A stretch of 63,004 bases of DNA, filler included, from Gonapodya sp. JEL0774 (lineage: Eukaryota), in the NCBI GenBank assembly GCA_027604505.1. It is 56 parts of 56 records of this genome, joined end to end, with 100 filler letters (N's around TTAATTAATTAA, not from the genome) between each part and the next. Parts side by side here need not be neighbours in the genome. Positions count along the whole stretch, not along the records: positions 36,169 to 37,194 come from JADIIX010004148.1; positions 37,295 to 38,319 come from JADIIX010004149.1; positions 38,420 to 39,444 come from JADIIX010004150.1; positions 39,545 to 40,569 come from JADIIX010004151.1; positions 40,670 to 41,694 come from JADIIX010004152.1; positions 41,795 to 42,818 come from JADIIX010004153.1; positions 42,919 to 43,942 come from JADIIX010004154.1; positions 44,043 to 45,066 come from JADIIX010004155.1; 48 more parts are not named here. One strand, 5' to 3'. This document shows positions 36,069 through 48,537 of the stretch, piece by piece. A program made the translations under genes and the position numbers. The notes under the pieces are model-generated. The model was not told where the DNA came from. It did no database searches and was given only the letters and a program-made list of their open reading frames with translations. Numbering within the stretch: the stretch's first letter is position 1; each line of letters begins with the position of its first letter.

Positions 36069-36696
36069 NNNNNNNNNNNNNNNNNNNNNNNNNNNNNNNN
36101 NNNNNNNNNNNNTTAATTAATTAANNNNNNNNNNNNNNNNNNNNNNNNNNNNNNNNNNNNNNNNNNNNGTTCCGATCAGGCGAAAAAGTGCAAGTGACCA
36201 TTATACATATGAATGTTACCGAGAACAGAGCGTTTTAGAGGAAGAGAGATTTCACATCCACACAGAGTCTGTAGAGAGCACGACGGCTGTCCAAGGAAAA
36301 TGATACATGTATATCTCAAGTGCTGCTCGCATCGAATTGCAATGCAAGCAAAGAAATACGATTCCTTCATACAATTTCCATGTGGTGGTAAAATAACTTG
36401 ATGCTAGACTATCATAACGTGCTCGTATTGGTTGATAGAGGGAAGCTCCAAGTCACCTCACAGTGTTGATACTGCTTCTTCCGGTTCAAGAATAAATGTA
36501 TATGCTCCAATTACATAGTTTAGTCGAGTTATGTATCATCCCTATGGGTACTAGGGTGGTGCGTAATCATGTAGTATGAAATATATCGCGCTTACCGCGC
36601 CGGCACCCACGCCTCAAAAATATTACAAAATGGATCAAAGTATCACAAGGAAACGTCACCAGAGAAAACTTATTCGATCGAGTGATTCTTGCAAGC

Positions 36697-37194
36697 TCAA
36701 ACTGCCAGCAAGACAGCGCAACCTGCGACGATAAGCGTGACCAGTTGCCACATTGAAGCTCCAATTCCTTCCTTCAAAGCTCCACCAGCCTTTGGAGTCT
36801 GGGACGCTGCTGCCGTTGCTCCCAAGAGAGTGCTGGTCGCATTGCCCACTGCGGATACTACGGAGCTGGAAGCAGAGACGGTTGTTGCCGAAGAGGCGCC
36901 TACACTCGTAGATGGGGTCGCAGAAACAGAGATTTGCGCTGAAGATGAAACCGAAGACGGTACTGCAGTGGTGGTTCTTGGGGCCGACGACGACGGGGGA
37001 GCTGAAGCAGGTACTGTGGTGGTGGGTTTCGGAGATGGGGAGGGAGGTGGAGCTGCTGGTGTAGTTGTAGGCGTAGATGGAGGCGGAGGTGGTGGTGGAG
37101 GAGGAGGAGGCGGAGGTGGTGATGGTGGGCCTGTTGGTGGTGGCGCTGTGGGACTCCCAATTGTGTCGGGGAGGTTTGTTCCTACAAGGGGAAT
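36697..37194 (-). CDS. Pro/Ser/Thr-rich, probably GPI-anchored surface protein, C-terminus
   Basis: Minus-strand frame: poly-Pro, S/T-rich stalk, then KAGGA...WQLVTLIVAGCAVLLAV* hydrophobic tail. Confidence 0.75.
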   Translation of the reverse strand: MPLVGTNLPDTIGSPTAPPPTGPPSPPPPPPPPPPPPPPSTPTTTPAAPPPSPSPKPTTTVPASAPPSSSAPRTTTAVPSSVSSSAQISVSATPSTSVGASSATTVSASSSVVSAVGNATSTLLGATAAASQTPKAGGALKEGIGASMWQLVTLIVAGCAVLLAV

Positions 37195-37294
37195 NNNNNN
37201 NNNNNNNNNNNNNNNNNNNNNNNNNNNNNNNNNNNNNNTTAATTAATTAANNNNNNNNNNNNNNNNNNNNNNNNNNNNNNNNNNNNNNNNNNNN

Positions 37295-38319
37295 GCAAAA
37301 GACGTTTACAATCTCATCACCCAGGGCCTTGACCCTTTGAACCAACGTTTTGCAAGACAGTCTTCTCTTGCCCGCATCCCATTTTCTGTAGTCGACACAC
37401 CCCAACCTCTCGTCTACGGCAATTACATTGGTGCTGCACATACTCGCACCATTCTGTACTCTCGTGATCACCTCCATCAGTACACGCCTACAGACCTCCG
37501 CTTACCAATTGAGGATACTGGCACACGTCGTGACTTCTACGACGCGCCACTCGAAGGAATCACAGTTGACCGTAAACTCCTTCCAGCCGGTATCGACATT
37601 ATTGTTCCTTGGGACCTTCGCCCTCACCCCGTTGGGAACCCGGAGTGCTTCACTGAAAGCACTATTGCCTGGAGTACCACCTACACGGTTTTGCAATTTG
37701 TCCCTCTCGAGAACCCCATTTACAAACTCAACAAACACCCAAACACGTGGGAGTGCTTCTCACGCTGTTTTACCACATACTCGGACGTTTTAATCCCGCA
37801 ATCGGTGACACCTCTTGTGCCTGCTGTGCAAAAGTACAAACCTGGACAAAAGATTGACGCGGAGATCTTCCAATTTGAGCGGCCGGAATTCCTCGATCGA
37901 GTCTACCCGTGGGTTGCAGCGCCTCTGCAGCCCCATCACCCCCGACTGCTCTCCTTGCAGTCACACAGGCCACTGAGCCAGGTTCAACCGCTCACCCTGA
38001 ATCCCCCTCCAGCTACAATGAATGCTCTGGGAGGAGGAGGAAGTTCTTCAAGTCCCAACGTCAGGGGCGCTCCCCTTCTCCAAGTCCCCACCGCAAGCAG
38101 CGCAGGCGCTCCAGGTCCCGCTCCCCCAGTGGCCCCAGTTCCAAGTACAGCAAGTTCAGCAATGGCGCTCGTGACTCTTGGAGGCCAGCCAATAACTCCA
38201 GTGGTAATGCCGGTACCAGCAACTAGTGCTGCAATGACAGCTGTAACGACTAGTGTTGTACCAAATACAATCCCTTCTTCCTACCCTGTGTCCCAGTTGC
38301 CTGCCTCCACTGTTTCTGC
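37295..38319 (+). CDS. Intronless ORF open across the whole contig; unknown product (possibly retroelement gag-like)
   Basis: About 341 codons with no stop; no recognisable motif. Confidence 0.5.
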
Positions 38320-38419
38320 NNNNNNNNNNNNNNNNNNNNNNNNNNNNNNNNNNNNNNNNNNNNTTAATTAATTAANNNNNNNNNNNNNNNNNNNNNNNNN
38401 NNNNNNNNNNNNNNNNNNN

Positions 38420-39444
38420 TACCCTTTCGATACACCCACCTTGGCCCCCCTCCCATCCCCCCTGCGCACCATCTCCGCCGCCATCTGGAAACACCTGTTC
38501 CTCGCCACGGCGTGCTGCTCGGCCTCGTTGCGCTCCTTTAGAAACTCGGCGGACGCTGCGGATCCCGTGGGGAGCCAGGGGAGGGAGGCGGGATCGGGGT
38601 GGTGGGTGAGTGGAGGAGGGGTAAGAGGGAGCGGTTTTGTGAGGACTGGTGGGGTGGGCCGCGCAGGTGGTGTGGAGGGTGGAGTGGCGGCGGCGGCGGC
38701 GGAGAAGGTGGACGGGCGGGCGGTGACGTGGGGCTTTGAAGGGGTGGTTCTGGACTTTGCCTTTTTGGCCGTCTGCGCCGCAGAGAGCGATGGGAACTGT
38801 TCGCCCGTCCTGGCCGTCGTCGTCCTTGTCGTCCCATTCACGGTCGAGTGCTTCGTGGCCGTGGCCGGTGTCGACGACGGAGCTTCTCGTGTGTACTCCG
38901 ACTCCGACGGGAGTCCTCGCAGCCCACCACCCCTTGGCGAATTCGCAGGTTCACCTCTCGTCGGTGCCAAACTCGGAAACTCCTCCGCCGACCCAAGTTG
39001 TACGTCTGGCGCGTGCTCGAGCTTTGATGACGGGGCCGGGGCGCTGGCGCGCGCTTTGGCAGCGGCGGTTGCGGTTGCGGGGGTGGGGTTACCGGTAGGC
39101 GGCAGCGACGGTACGGCGTGGAGGAACTCGCAAGGGTCTTTGAAACTATCCGCCCACCGAGGCGCACAAGTAAAAGGGAGAGCGGTGCGCGACTGGGTTG
39201 GCTGCCAGGCAACGTGTGGGTTCCCTTTACCGAACGAAACGCAACCCACCATCCGTTCGCTAACCAGAACCTAATCAAGGGGGAGTGGTGGTGGTCGGGA
39301 GGTGTGTGTGTGTGGTGGGGGGAGGGGGTGCATGCACGAGCGGGCTAGGTCAGCGTGTCGCTTGAATTACCCAATCTCGAATTCCAGCACAGCGTGGCCC
39401 GCCTTTGCCTCGATTTCCATCACGCATTCACCCCACCCACCACC
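38420..39444 (-). CDS. CCCH zinc finger / DUF1771-Smr domain protein fragment
   Basis: RFWLANG..CEFLH, EEFPSL motifs, LPWLPTGSAASAEFLKERNEAEQHAVARNRCFQMAAEMVRRGDGRGAK. Confidence 0.75.
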
Positions 39445-41568
39445 NNNNNNNNNNNNNNNNNNNNNNNNNNNNNNNNNNNNNNNNNNNNTTAATTAATTAA
39501 NNNNNNNNNNNNNNNNNNNNNNNNNNNNNNNNNNNNNNNNNNNNATTGCAAGACCATCCAGGTAGACAGAACCGTTCAGAGCGACGATGAAAGCAGTACC
39601 GGGGTCACCGCCCGTGATGGAGCCGTCAGGATCGTAACACCAGTTACCGGGGGTGCAGGTAAGTGATCTAACAACCTTTTTGGTGATGGCTAAGGAAAGG
39701 CAATCGGCATGAACACTCTATATCGAGCAATTTTGCATAACGAAACTTAAGACTGACCTGAGGAACGATAGTAAATGTTGACAACGACTGTGCAGATCAA
39801 AACGAGTATTCTGGCGATTTGAGAACAAGCGTAAGCGGCAATCGAAGAAGGGCGGGAGTTGAAAGTACCCTCACAATGCCACTACGGGGATGATACGACG
39901 CCAGATGGGAACAGCGACCATGGTTGAGACGCAACGGAGTGAATGGGACGAGAGGATGCCGACCGAAGTGTTATGTCAGGAAGGAATCTGTGGAGTTTTG
40001 GTATCTTTATAGACACGGAAAAAGGAGAAAGAAAGAACTGTCCTGAACAGTTCGAGGTGGCGCTATTAATTTTGGGAACAGATCTGGCAAGGACCATTCG
40101 AAAAGGAGGAAGAGCTTGAAAGAAACAAGACGCGCGATGTTCGAGAGAGGGGGATGTGGAACAGATTGAGATCGCATGTTCCCTGGAATCGAATGCTGCT
40201 TGGACCAAGAAAGCAAAGTGTTGAGGAAGGGGTTGTGAAGGGTTTGAGTCCACACGAACAGGTCCCACGCGATCGCTCCTCACACGAAAGAAAAAGAGTA
40301 AAACATTGAAAACAGCGCTATACATTTTGAACGTGGAAGACAATTCATCCGTTATGACAGCGAGCTCTGTTTGACAGTGCTACAATACTTATAACATCCA
40401 CGGCCGGTGCGGCGGCGGGGCCACCCGTCACACAAAACTCAAATTACCCGCGTTTTCCAGAGAAAACATGTAACGACAGATCATCTGAAACAGTCAGCAG
40501 TTTCACAATGCGATACTCATATTCTTCTCATTAGAACTCCCCCATCTTCCATGTACTCGTCGATTACCANNNNNNNNNNNNNNNNNNNNNNNNNNNNNNN
40601 NNNNNNNNNNNNNTTAATTAATTAANNNNNNNNNNNNNNNNNNNNNNNNNNNNNNNNNNNNNNNNNNNNAATTCCGGGTATAGAAACGGAGAGAGCCGCA
40701 CAAATCACAGACACGAAGAGCGTCCGCGAAGAGTAAGCGCGCATGGCTGGGTTCCGAATATGATATAGAACGTATTCTTTTGTTACCGGGAATTTTCGAG
40801 TTCACGTGGTGCCGTTGCAGGGGCGATACATAAATCCACCAACAAACAAGCAGCGATCGAGCTCTGGATATGCCAGAAACAGGGACCACTGGAAGTTTCG
40901 GGTATCGTCCGTGTCCGAGCAGAGTGCGTTCCACCGAACTCTGATTATCAAAGTTTGGAACACTTCCAAATGGGGGTGATATTTAGTCAGGGCGACCTCA
41001 GCAGCAACCCATCCCCTTGTCATGTCCACAAACACTTTTGCACCACCGAGAGAAAAAATTATACCTGAACCGAAGAGAGGGAACAATCGGCTCTCATCAT
41101 CGCGCACGGTCATCTAAGACGTTTGCTCCTTACATAAAGCTGGAGTACGTTCAATCGTCCGATTGGCGGACGTGCAAAGCTCAATCATAACATAACATAC
41201 CGTATTGTTTGCGCAAATCGAATGGAGCGACCCCCACTGGGGACACGACATGGCCAAATGCTTTCTGAAGAGCACAATTTTTCCCTAGCATCAGGTGATC
41301 TTGGAGCCCCCCAACTTACCCCGCACTGCCTCCGTCCACTATCACTTGCATGAACCCTGTGTTTTTGGGGATGGCGCTTGAATAACTTATTTTTCAGTAT
41401 GCCGACACCTCGTCGACTGTGAGATCAGTCGACACTCCTCGTGGTTGAGCAGGTGGCCACAATTCCCGCGACGTAGACACAATCATGACGCTTAGGGCTA
41501 GGACTAGGACGCTTTACATTCCAATTATGTAAACGATTTCCCTACATTACGGAATGTGCTCGGGCCAC

Positions 41569-41694
41569 CTATCGCCCGCCCTTGCGTGACTTCTGCCTCG
41601 CATCCTTCCCAGGCCTTTTGGCGCCCTTCCCTCCTCTACTCCCACCCCCCTTGCCAAATCCACTCTTCATCTTCTTCACGCTGAAACTTCCCTT
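41569..41694 (-). CDS. EBP2: rRNA-processing protein Ebp2, C-terminus
   Basis: GSFSVKKMKSGFGKGG...AKRPGKDARQKSRKGGR* matches the Ebp2 tail; only 41 codons visible. Confidence 0.72.
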   Translation of the reverse strand, partial: KGSFSVKKMKSGFGKGGGSRGGKGAKRPGKDARQKSRKGGR

Positions 41695-41794
41695 NNNNNN
41701 NNNNNNNNNNNNNNNNNNNNNNNNNNNNNNNNNNNNNNTTAATTAATTAANNNNNNNNNNNNNNNNNNNNNNNNNNNNNNNNNNNNNNNNNNNN

Positions 41795-42818
41795 GCTCGA
41801 AAGTCTTCGGAGTGGGTCTTCCATCCGCTGTTCCTGGCCTGTCGGTATCCTGCGCGCGTGAACTTGAATTCCCCCCTCCTTTCTAGCTCGCTCTTCTCGA
41901 CATAAGTGCCAACACTTTGCTCACCATCGGCATGTTTCTGATTGGTTCAGGCCTCTACCAAGTTGTCTACTCCTCCATTGTGGTGTTTATCGCGGTGTTA
42001 TCTACACTGCAATTTGTGGCGAGGGATGAGCTGGGGAAACATCAGAGTGGTCGATCTGTCAGGTGGAATCCGGCTGTACTGAATGGGTGGCAATGGGTCG
42101 GCGTAGTCGTGAGTAGAGCTTCAAACGTGGTTTGGACATCAGTCTAGACACAAGCATATTAATCGGATCGGATGAAATCGTGAACTGGCAGGTTGTGACT
42201 GTGGGTTTGGTGTTCCCGGCAATGAGCAACTACTTGACAAAGGGATCCGATTCTGCACCTAATGGAGGTACGCACATTTTGCACGTTCCGTGCTTGTCCA
42301 TGAAGATGTAGCTCAATCGCTCTTCGCGTTCTTTCACAGCTGCTCCTTCCTTCTTCCTCGGCCTGTTCTTGGTTCTCGCTGGCACATTCTCCTGTGAGCT
42401 ACATGAACCGTCCACTTGCCGCGAAGTTTCGGTTAGCCCATCTCACTCCGTTGCGAAAACTTAATTGGTTAGATGCTCTCATATACGTCCTCATCGAAAC
42501 CTTTGTGAATCCTAAAGATCCTCCGCGTCCATCCGACACCTCTCCCGACCCGATGGACCTGTGCACATGGACGGGGTCAACGGCATCCGTTGTATGCTTT
42601 CTGTACATTGCGATGGTGACCCTGCCGTCGTGGGATGCGCTGGTCGGGCAGCCGGTCAGGGACGGTGGAGGGGAATGGACCGTCCTCGCGGGAACCTACG
42701 TGAGTCTGAGCAGACAGAAAAGAATCTCTGATTTGGTCGAGCTTTGCTGGCGGCTAATGCTGATAGAATCACTGTTTTATGATTATTGTGAAAGGTATCC
42801 TACATATTCTCCGCGTTC
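41795..42818 (+). CDS. DMT/SLC35-like membrane transporter fragment
   Basis: DISANTLLTIGMFLIGSGLYQVVYSSIVVFIAVLS...LNGWQWVGVV; multiple TM exons. Confidence 0.8.
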
Positions 42819-43499
42819 NNNNNNNNNNNNNNNNNNNNNNNNNNNNNNNNNNNNNNNNNNNNTTAATTAATTAANNNNNNNNNNNNNNNNNNNNNNNNNN
42901 NNNNNNNNNNNNNNNNNNATATGTTAACCCTGACTTGTCTGGAAAAGAACTGGTTGACACCCTTGCTGAGAAACGGGACACACCAATTACCATCAGTTTC
43001 TGCTGGGGAGAGGTCGCGAATGATTGTATCTCCAGTCCTTCAGATGTCAACACGACGAGTGTTACAGACTGGCAGAACGTTTCACTTGCCGGGTGTTACC
43101 CAGTACCGTCGCTGGAATATTTCGATGATTTTTTCTCCTTGTACTCGCGGACCCGGTTGAGCAAGTTAAGCTATTAGAAGAGGATCAGCATGTAGTGAAG
43201 TCGCCCAAGTTTTTTAGGATTGTCAAATCAGATCTGAACTCTATCACAAAGTCGACTCATCATTCAGCGGCTCGTTAGCATACGACATGGCCATCGAGAT
43301 ATATTATAGTTGTCTCGAACCTCGTACTCGTTCGCAAGTTTATCGCATCTGTTGTGAAGTAGGACTCGACATACAAGACCTCTGGCACTGCCCTTTTCTC
43401 ATTTGGAGCTCCCAGCAGATCGTCAACACCCTGTATTTGTCTCATCTGCAATCCATCAACCCCACTAGTTGACGGTTCATTTTGCTTACCTCTTTAAAC

Positions 43500-43711
43500 A
43501 TGGGTCGTCGCCGTGCCCGCTATAATCAGAAAGCGCGGGCATCGTCGGCCATCGCCAAGCACGCCGTCCCGCATGCGAATCCACGCCACAAGGGCACAAA
43601 GGTGCTGCTGAAGAAGTCCATAAACCGAGTGACAGCTTCGGAAGGTGTATCGGGATCTGGGATCGAGTCGGAAGATATGGCTATTGTGGACTCGATCACG
43701 ACCGGGGTTCC
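43500..43711 (+). CDS. Possible DEAH RNA helicase Dhr1/DHX37, first exon
   Basis: MGRRRARYNQKARAS resembles the Dhr1/DHX37 N-terminus; helicase core not visible. Confidence 0.5.
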
Positions 43712-44046
43712 GTGAGTGTGTCACACTTGGGGACGAGCGGAAGCTGCTGCAATGATTTCGGAAATATCTTCGATTGGATGCTCGGTTGACAATTGTGGCG
43801 ATTGTGTGGTCCTATCTTTCAGACTTCCGAAGTGATCCAACCTTTATCTGATTCCTTGCCTGGGTGTTTCAGCGGCCTTTCCCTCACTACCAGTACCGCG
43901 ACGAGCCCGCGACTGGATATTGATGTTGTCGACTTTGCTGCTNNNNNNNNNNNNNNNNNNNNNNNNNNNNNNNNNNNNNNNNNNNNTTAATTAATTAANN
44001 NNNNNNNNNNNNNNNNNNNNNNNNNNNNNNNNNNNNNNNNNNGGTG

Positions 44047-44938
44047 ATGAACCTTTCTATGGCGGAAGGCGACGGGTCAGTTCACACATTCAAGGCAATA
44101 AACGCTAGCAGCGACCGGCGGAGCACGCGGGAAAGGACGTTTCAGTGTCCGAGATGCTTGAAGTTATTCACAAGAAAAGGTGTGTTTAAGAACCCGGGCG
44201 GGGAGGGGGAGGGGGGAGAGGGGCGGTGATGCTCTGGGTGCCGCGCTTTTAACCCCAACTCGAATACTCTCATCGCTCCGCTAACATCTAGATGTTATGC
44301 ACCGTCACCGACAGAAGACGTGCTGGGTGCCGGAGGACGGGCCTGCTGCCCATCAACTCAGACGCGGTCAGTCCGCGTCCCCATCGCACCTCGCAGATCT
44401 GCCAGGGTCGGGTGCTGCACCATCCGATCGGAATCGGGATCATCTTCGGATGACAAGTCTTAGGACGTCAGAGAGTGTGTATTCGAACAGTGTTTACGCA
44501 ATGGAGATGTCAGGCTTTGTCCCTACTGGTTCATCCCCTCGTGAGTGTCAATGGCCCGTTACACATAGGTGTCAAGGGGTTTACCGGATCGGCGGTGAAT
44601 TAAGTGTCCCGGCACCCCCGATGATGTTACTGCTGATTCTCTGAATATCACCTTCCTATGTGCCTTCAGCAAACTTTTCCGTCAGACTCCCACAGCCCAT
44701 CCCACCTTCAGGATCCACCGGTTCCCCCAGCTACAGCCCTTCTCCCCCTTGGGAAGAACCAACTTCTAGTACGAGACGTCACTCTTGGGCGCATGAACTT
44801 CGACCGCTCGTGCCATCAAACGTGAATCCGCCCCATCCTGGGAGTTCCACAAGGACGCAAACCGGGATCCTCCCATCGTTCTTGGAGCCACCTGTTGCTC
44901 CATCCCCCGTGGAGGTGTACTTGCCATTTCAGGTGTGA
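44047..44938 (+). CDS. C2H2-type zinc finger transcription factor fragment
   Basis: RTFQCPRCLKLFTRK|DVMHRHRQKTC followed by Pro/Ser-rich exons; boundaries approximate. Confidence 0.75.
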
Positions 44939-45166
44939 CGGAAGAAAGGGGGACTGCTGGAACTGTTGATGGCGTTCGTTCGGTGGTAGGACGCCACTGA
45001 ACGTGACAAGGGTCACGCCACCTCATTTTCGGTGACAAGGAAGAAAGGATCCACGCGCATGGGACTNNNNNNNNNNNNNNNNNNNNNNNNNNNNNNNNNN
45101 NNNNNNNNNNTTAATTAATTAANNNNNNNNNNNNNNNNNNNNNNNNNNNNNNNNNNNNNNNNNNNN

Positions 45167-46190
45167 TATTGTACGATCCTGTGTATTCTCCACTTGCACT
45201 GCGCCGACCACCACCTTGATGGAGAACTGCTACAGTGCGTCTCTTTATACACCATCGTCCCCAATGCTGAGTCTCTGCGACCTGTGAATGGGAGTGCATC
45301 CGGCCCGCGCTTGCATGGTGCATTGACGTTGATGCGCGCGCAGCGATAAGCAAGTCTCGATATCAAATCGGAGAGAACCTTGGAGTCCGTTGACGCGCCT
45401 GTGAAGATTGACACTTCCAATGCAAATTCCAGTGAGTCGAGGTACTCAAAAATGGTAGACTCGTGTTTGAATGAAATGATTGGAATGAGCGGACCTAAAC
45501 GTCAGGTGTAAATGGTGAGAGTTTGGACTCATACAGGTACATGAATCCAATACAAACCGAACTGCTCCTCCTTCGCCAACCTTGCGTTTTTCCAGTCAAC
45601 TGGGCTTACCACAGTAAGACTTACGAGACTCCTGTCGAATATGCCTCCGCGATCGCTTGCTACCTTGGAACCTGTTGAAAGCGCATCATCAAGAAGCTCT
45701 CTAAGAAAGTCCGGTTTCTGCGCCTCTGTGAGTCGGTTTATCTTGATGCCGTCCTCGAAAGGTAGACCCATGGGAAGATCGTCTACGGCCTTCCAGAGCT
45801 TGGTCACAAGGTCGTCGAGAATGCTCTTGAGGGGTAGGAGTTCAGGAAAGTATATGATCTCGCTGACTCAACCCAGTCCGTCCTCACTTCGTGTACCATT
45901 ATCCCCTTGAGAGCAATACGTCTTTGTCCGTTGAAGCCAAGAGCGCCCTTAACAACTTGGTCCACGGTCTTTTCGAGTGGTTGATCCGCGTTCTGAAGGA
46001 CGATGCCCGTGCATTTGCCTCCAAGCTCCAGAAAGGTTCGGAGACGGTTCACACCATTTGACATTAGGATTCAACGAGAGCGCATAAAGGAAACTCTGCA
46101 AGATTGCTACCTGTTGCTCCTATCGTAACCCATTTCCCATCACCATTTGACCACGCATCCTTAGCTGATTGAACAGCTCCAATCGACACC
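45167..46190 (-). pseudogene. GapN-like (non-phosphorylating NADP-GAPDH) aldehyde dehydrogenase pseudogene
   Basis: LELGGK, GALGFNGQR(R)IA, EEQF|GP, RINVNAPCKRGPDALPFTGRRDSALGT; catalytic Cys to Arg, missing NAD-binding block, frameshift and in-frame TAG. Confidence 0.85.
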
Positions 46191-46290
46191 NNNNNNNNNN
46201 NNNNNNNNNNNNNNNNNNNNNNNNNNNNNNNNNNTTAATTAATTAANNNNNNNNNNNNNNNNNNNNNNNNNNNNNNNNNNNNNNNNNNNN

Positions 46291-47144
46291 GGCGGATAGA
46301 AAGCGGGAGTCTCATTTAATGGTTGCGGACCAAGTGAAAAGAGAGCTCGATAACGGTGAGTTCTGCGGTACCTCATTCACAACGCCTTTCGTGGTTGAGC
46401 ACTCACCCTCGCGAATGCTTCGCGGTCGATCTTTCAATTTGCAGCCAATGCCGCGAACTTGCGCATCACGGTGGATGATACAGACGGTATCGATGCTGCT
46501 GCAGAATATGCCGAATGGAAGCTTCGACATCTCAAACGTCTCCTACGGGATAAAGAGGAACGTGACAATTATGCAAAAGAGCAGGAGGAGCTTGAGCGTC
46601 GGCGCAATATGACGGAGGCAGAAAGAGAGACTGAGGATATGGCGAAGATTGCCGCCCAGAAGGAGGCGGAGAAGAACCGTACCAAATACCGGTTCCTGCA
46701 AAAGTATTACCACAAGGGAGCGTTCTACCAACATACAGAGGACGAGGTATACCAGCGAGACTATGACGAGGCCGTAGGAGAAGATAGGGTGGACAAGGTG
46801 GCACTTCCCGAAGTTATGCAGGTCCGCAACTTCGGAATGAAAGGGCGGACCAAGTGGACCCACCTAGGTGCCGAAGATACCAGCAAAGGCGCGGTATGGG
46901 GAAAGGGGATGGGTCGAGGACGTGGTGGTGGTGGTGGTGGTGGTGGGCGTGGTGTCTCCGCTGTGCCGAGCGGGTTTTCAGGTGCTTCTGGGCGGGGGGC
47001 TGGAAGTTCCATTCCAGATAAAGGCGAGTGCCAATGGGGTCTCTTTGACCACCTTGTAATCATCCAGTATCTGAGCACACCACGCCCTCTTCTGTGCAAA
47101 TAGACTTCGAGAAACCAAACAAGCGTAGGAAGGTAGATGTATAA
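46291..47144 (+). CDS. MFAP1: Microfibrillar-associated protein 1 / Spp381-like splicing factor, 3' part
   Basis: DDTDGID...EYAEWKLR.LKRL.RD, FLQKYYHKGAFY, LPEVMQVRNFG.KGRTKWTHL; last intron GC-AG 47024-47103. Confidence 0.95.
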
Positions 47145-47414
47145 TGGGTTCTGACGAGTGACAAAGAGGGTGGACTTCAAAATTCTTGTTAGCTCAATGA
47201 CAACCTTCAACGGCAATTAAACGCATTTAATACCCTGTATATCAATCTATGACATTATTTTATGCTCATGATAAGATCTGATCCTCCACTGATCACAATA
47301 TTGAGTTGTCTGAGNNNNNNNNNNNNNNNNNNNNNNNNNNNNNNNNNNNNNNNNNNNNTTAATTAATTAANNNNNNNNNNNNNNNNNNNNNNNNNNNNNN
47401 NNNNNNNNNNNNNN

Positions 47415-47819
47415 GACGATCGCGGAAACCGCAAGTGGCGATTGGCATCGAACGCACCCACGCCAACGAGATTAGATATCTGCGCATGCATCCATTTCTG
47501 AAGGTCGCCTCCTTTTCCGCATCCAAAGTCTAGCACTGTATCACCGGATCTTGTGAACCGGGCAATGAGAGCTACAATGCACTTGGAGATCGGGTTTCAG
47601 CCGGCGACTGTCACTGGAAGCCTCCTTACTTGCTTTTATCCAGTTGTTGAAGTTCCGAAGGTGAAGGATTCTACTGGTCCCACGATCATTTATGGAGCGG
47701 GAGAGCGAATTATAGTGGCTGGCAACGGCAACGGCTGATGAAGATTGTGGGCGATTTTCATCGCTATTTTGTCTCTTGCTGTCACTCCAGACTGCATCAT
47801 CGTCGCGATTTCTCTTCAT
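47415..47819 (-). CDS. ABD1: mRNA cap guanine-N7 methyltransferase, 5' part
   Basis: VASHYN...SRILHLRNFNNWIKA|TLI...VLDFGCGKGGDLQKW. Confidence 0.94.
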
Positions 47820-48039
47820 CTGTGTGAGCCTTCTTAGAGATGGGAACAGGGATCTGTATCTGATATGTTTTGTTGAGAGGTCACTAGAGACCAACTTGAG
47901 TACACAAAGACAGGACGTCACTCAGCATCCAATCTCAGAGATAAATAATGCTTTCAGTCCCTGCAATGCGCAGGCTATACAAGGTATCTCGAGAGAGTAA
48001 GAACAAGTTTGCAATATGCACCAGCGCCCCATGATTTGC

Positions 48040-48437
48040 TCACTTCACCCTCAACTTCTTACGAGGGCCGCCCTGGTCTTCTTTCAAGCCCTTGGCCCTG
48101 AAGGACTCCTTCCTCTTTGTCTTGGTTATTTCAAGTGTTATCTTCTCCTCCTTCGCCTTGGGAACCCATCGAAATGTTTAGATTTCTGTGTTCCTAATCG
48201 AAGCAAATCATGTCTTCAAGCACTCACCGCAATTCTTTTGCGAATCACTTGCTTCTCCAGTTTCTTTTCCTTGCGCTTCGTTAGCTTCTCCTCCCGAATG
48301 GTGTTGAGTTGCTGCATCAGAGTGTAGATACGCTTCTCGCCCGGTTCCATTATTACGGCCCTTCGCTCCATAAGAGAAGGTTTCTTCTTCTTGGGTATCA
48401 TTTTTGGCTTGCTGGAATATGGGAGACTTCCTTGCAA
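48040..48437 (-). CDS. BMS1: Ribosome biogenesis GTPase Bms1, C-terminus
   Basis: LQGSLPYSSKPK...RRAVIMEPGEKRIYTLMQQLNTIREEK. Confidence 0.88.
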
Positions 48438-48537
48438 NNNNNNNNNNNNNNNNNNNNNNNNNNNNNNNNNNNNNNNNNNNNTTAATTAATTAANNNNNNN
48501 NNNNNNNNNNNNNNNNNNNNNNNNNNNNNNNNNNNNN

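Noticed and set aside
36689..37246. Plus-strand Gly/Val-rich 185-aa ORF
   Set aside because: Antisense shadow of the minus-strand Pro/Ser/Thr GPI-type protein
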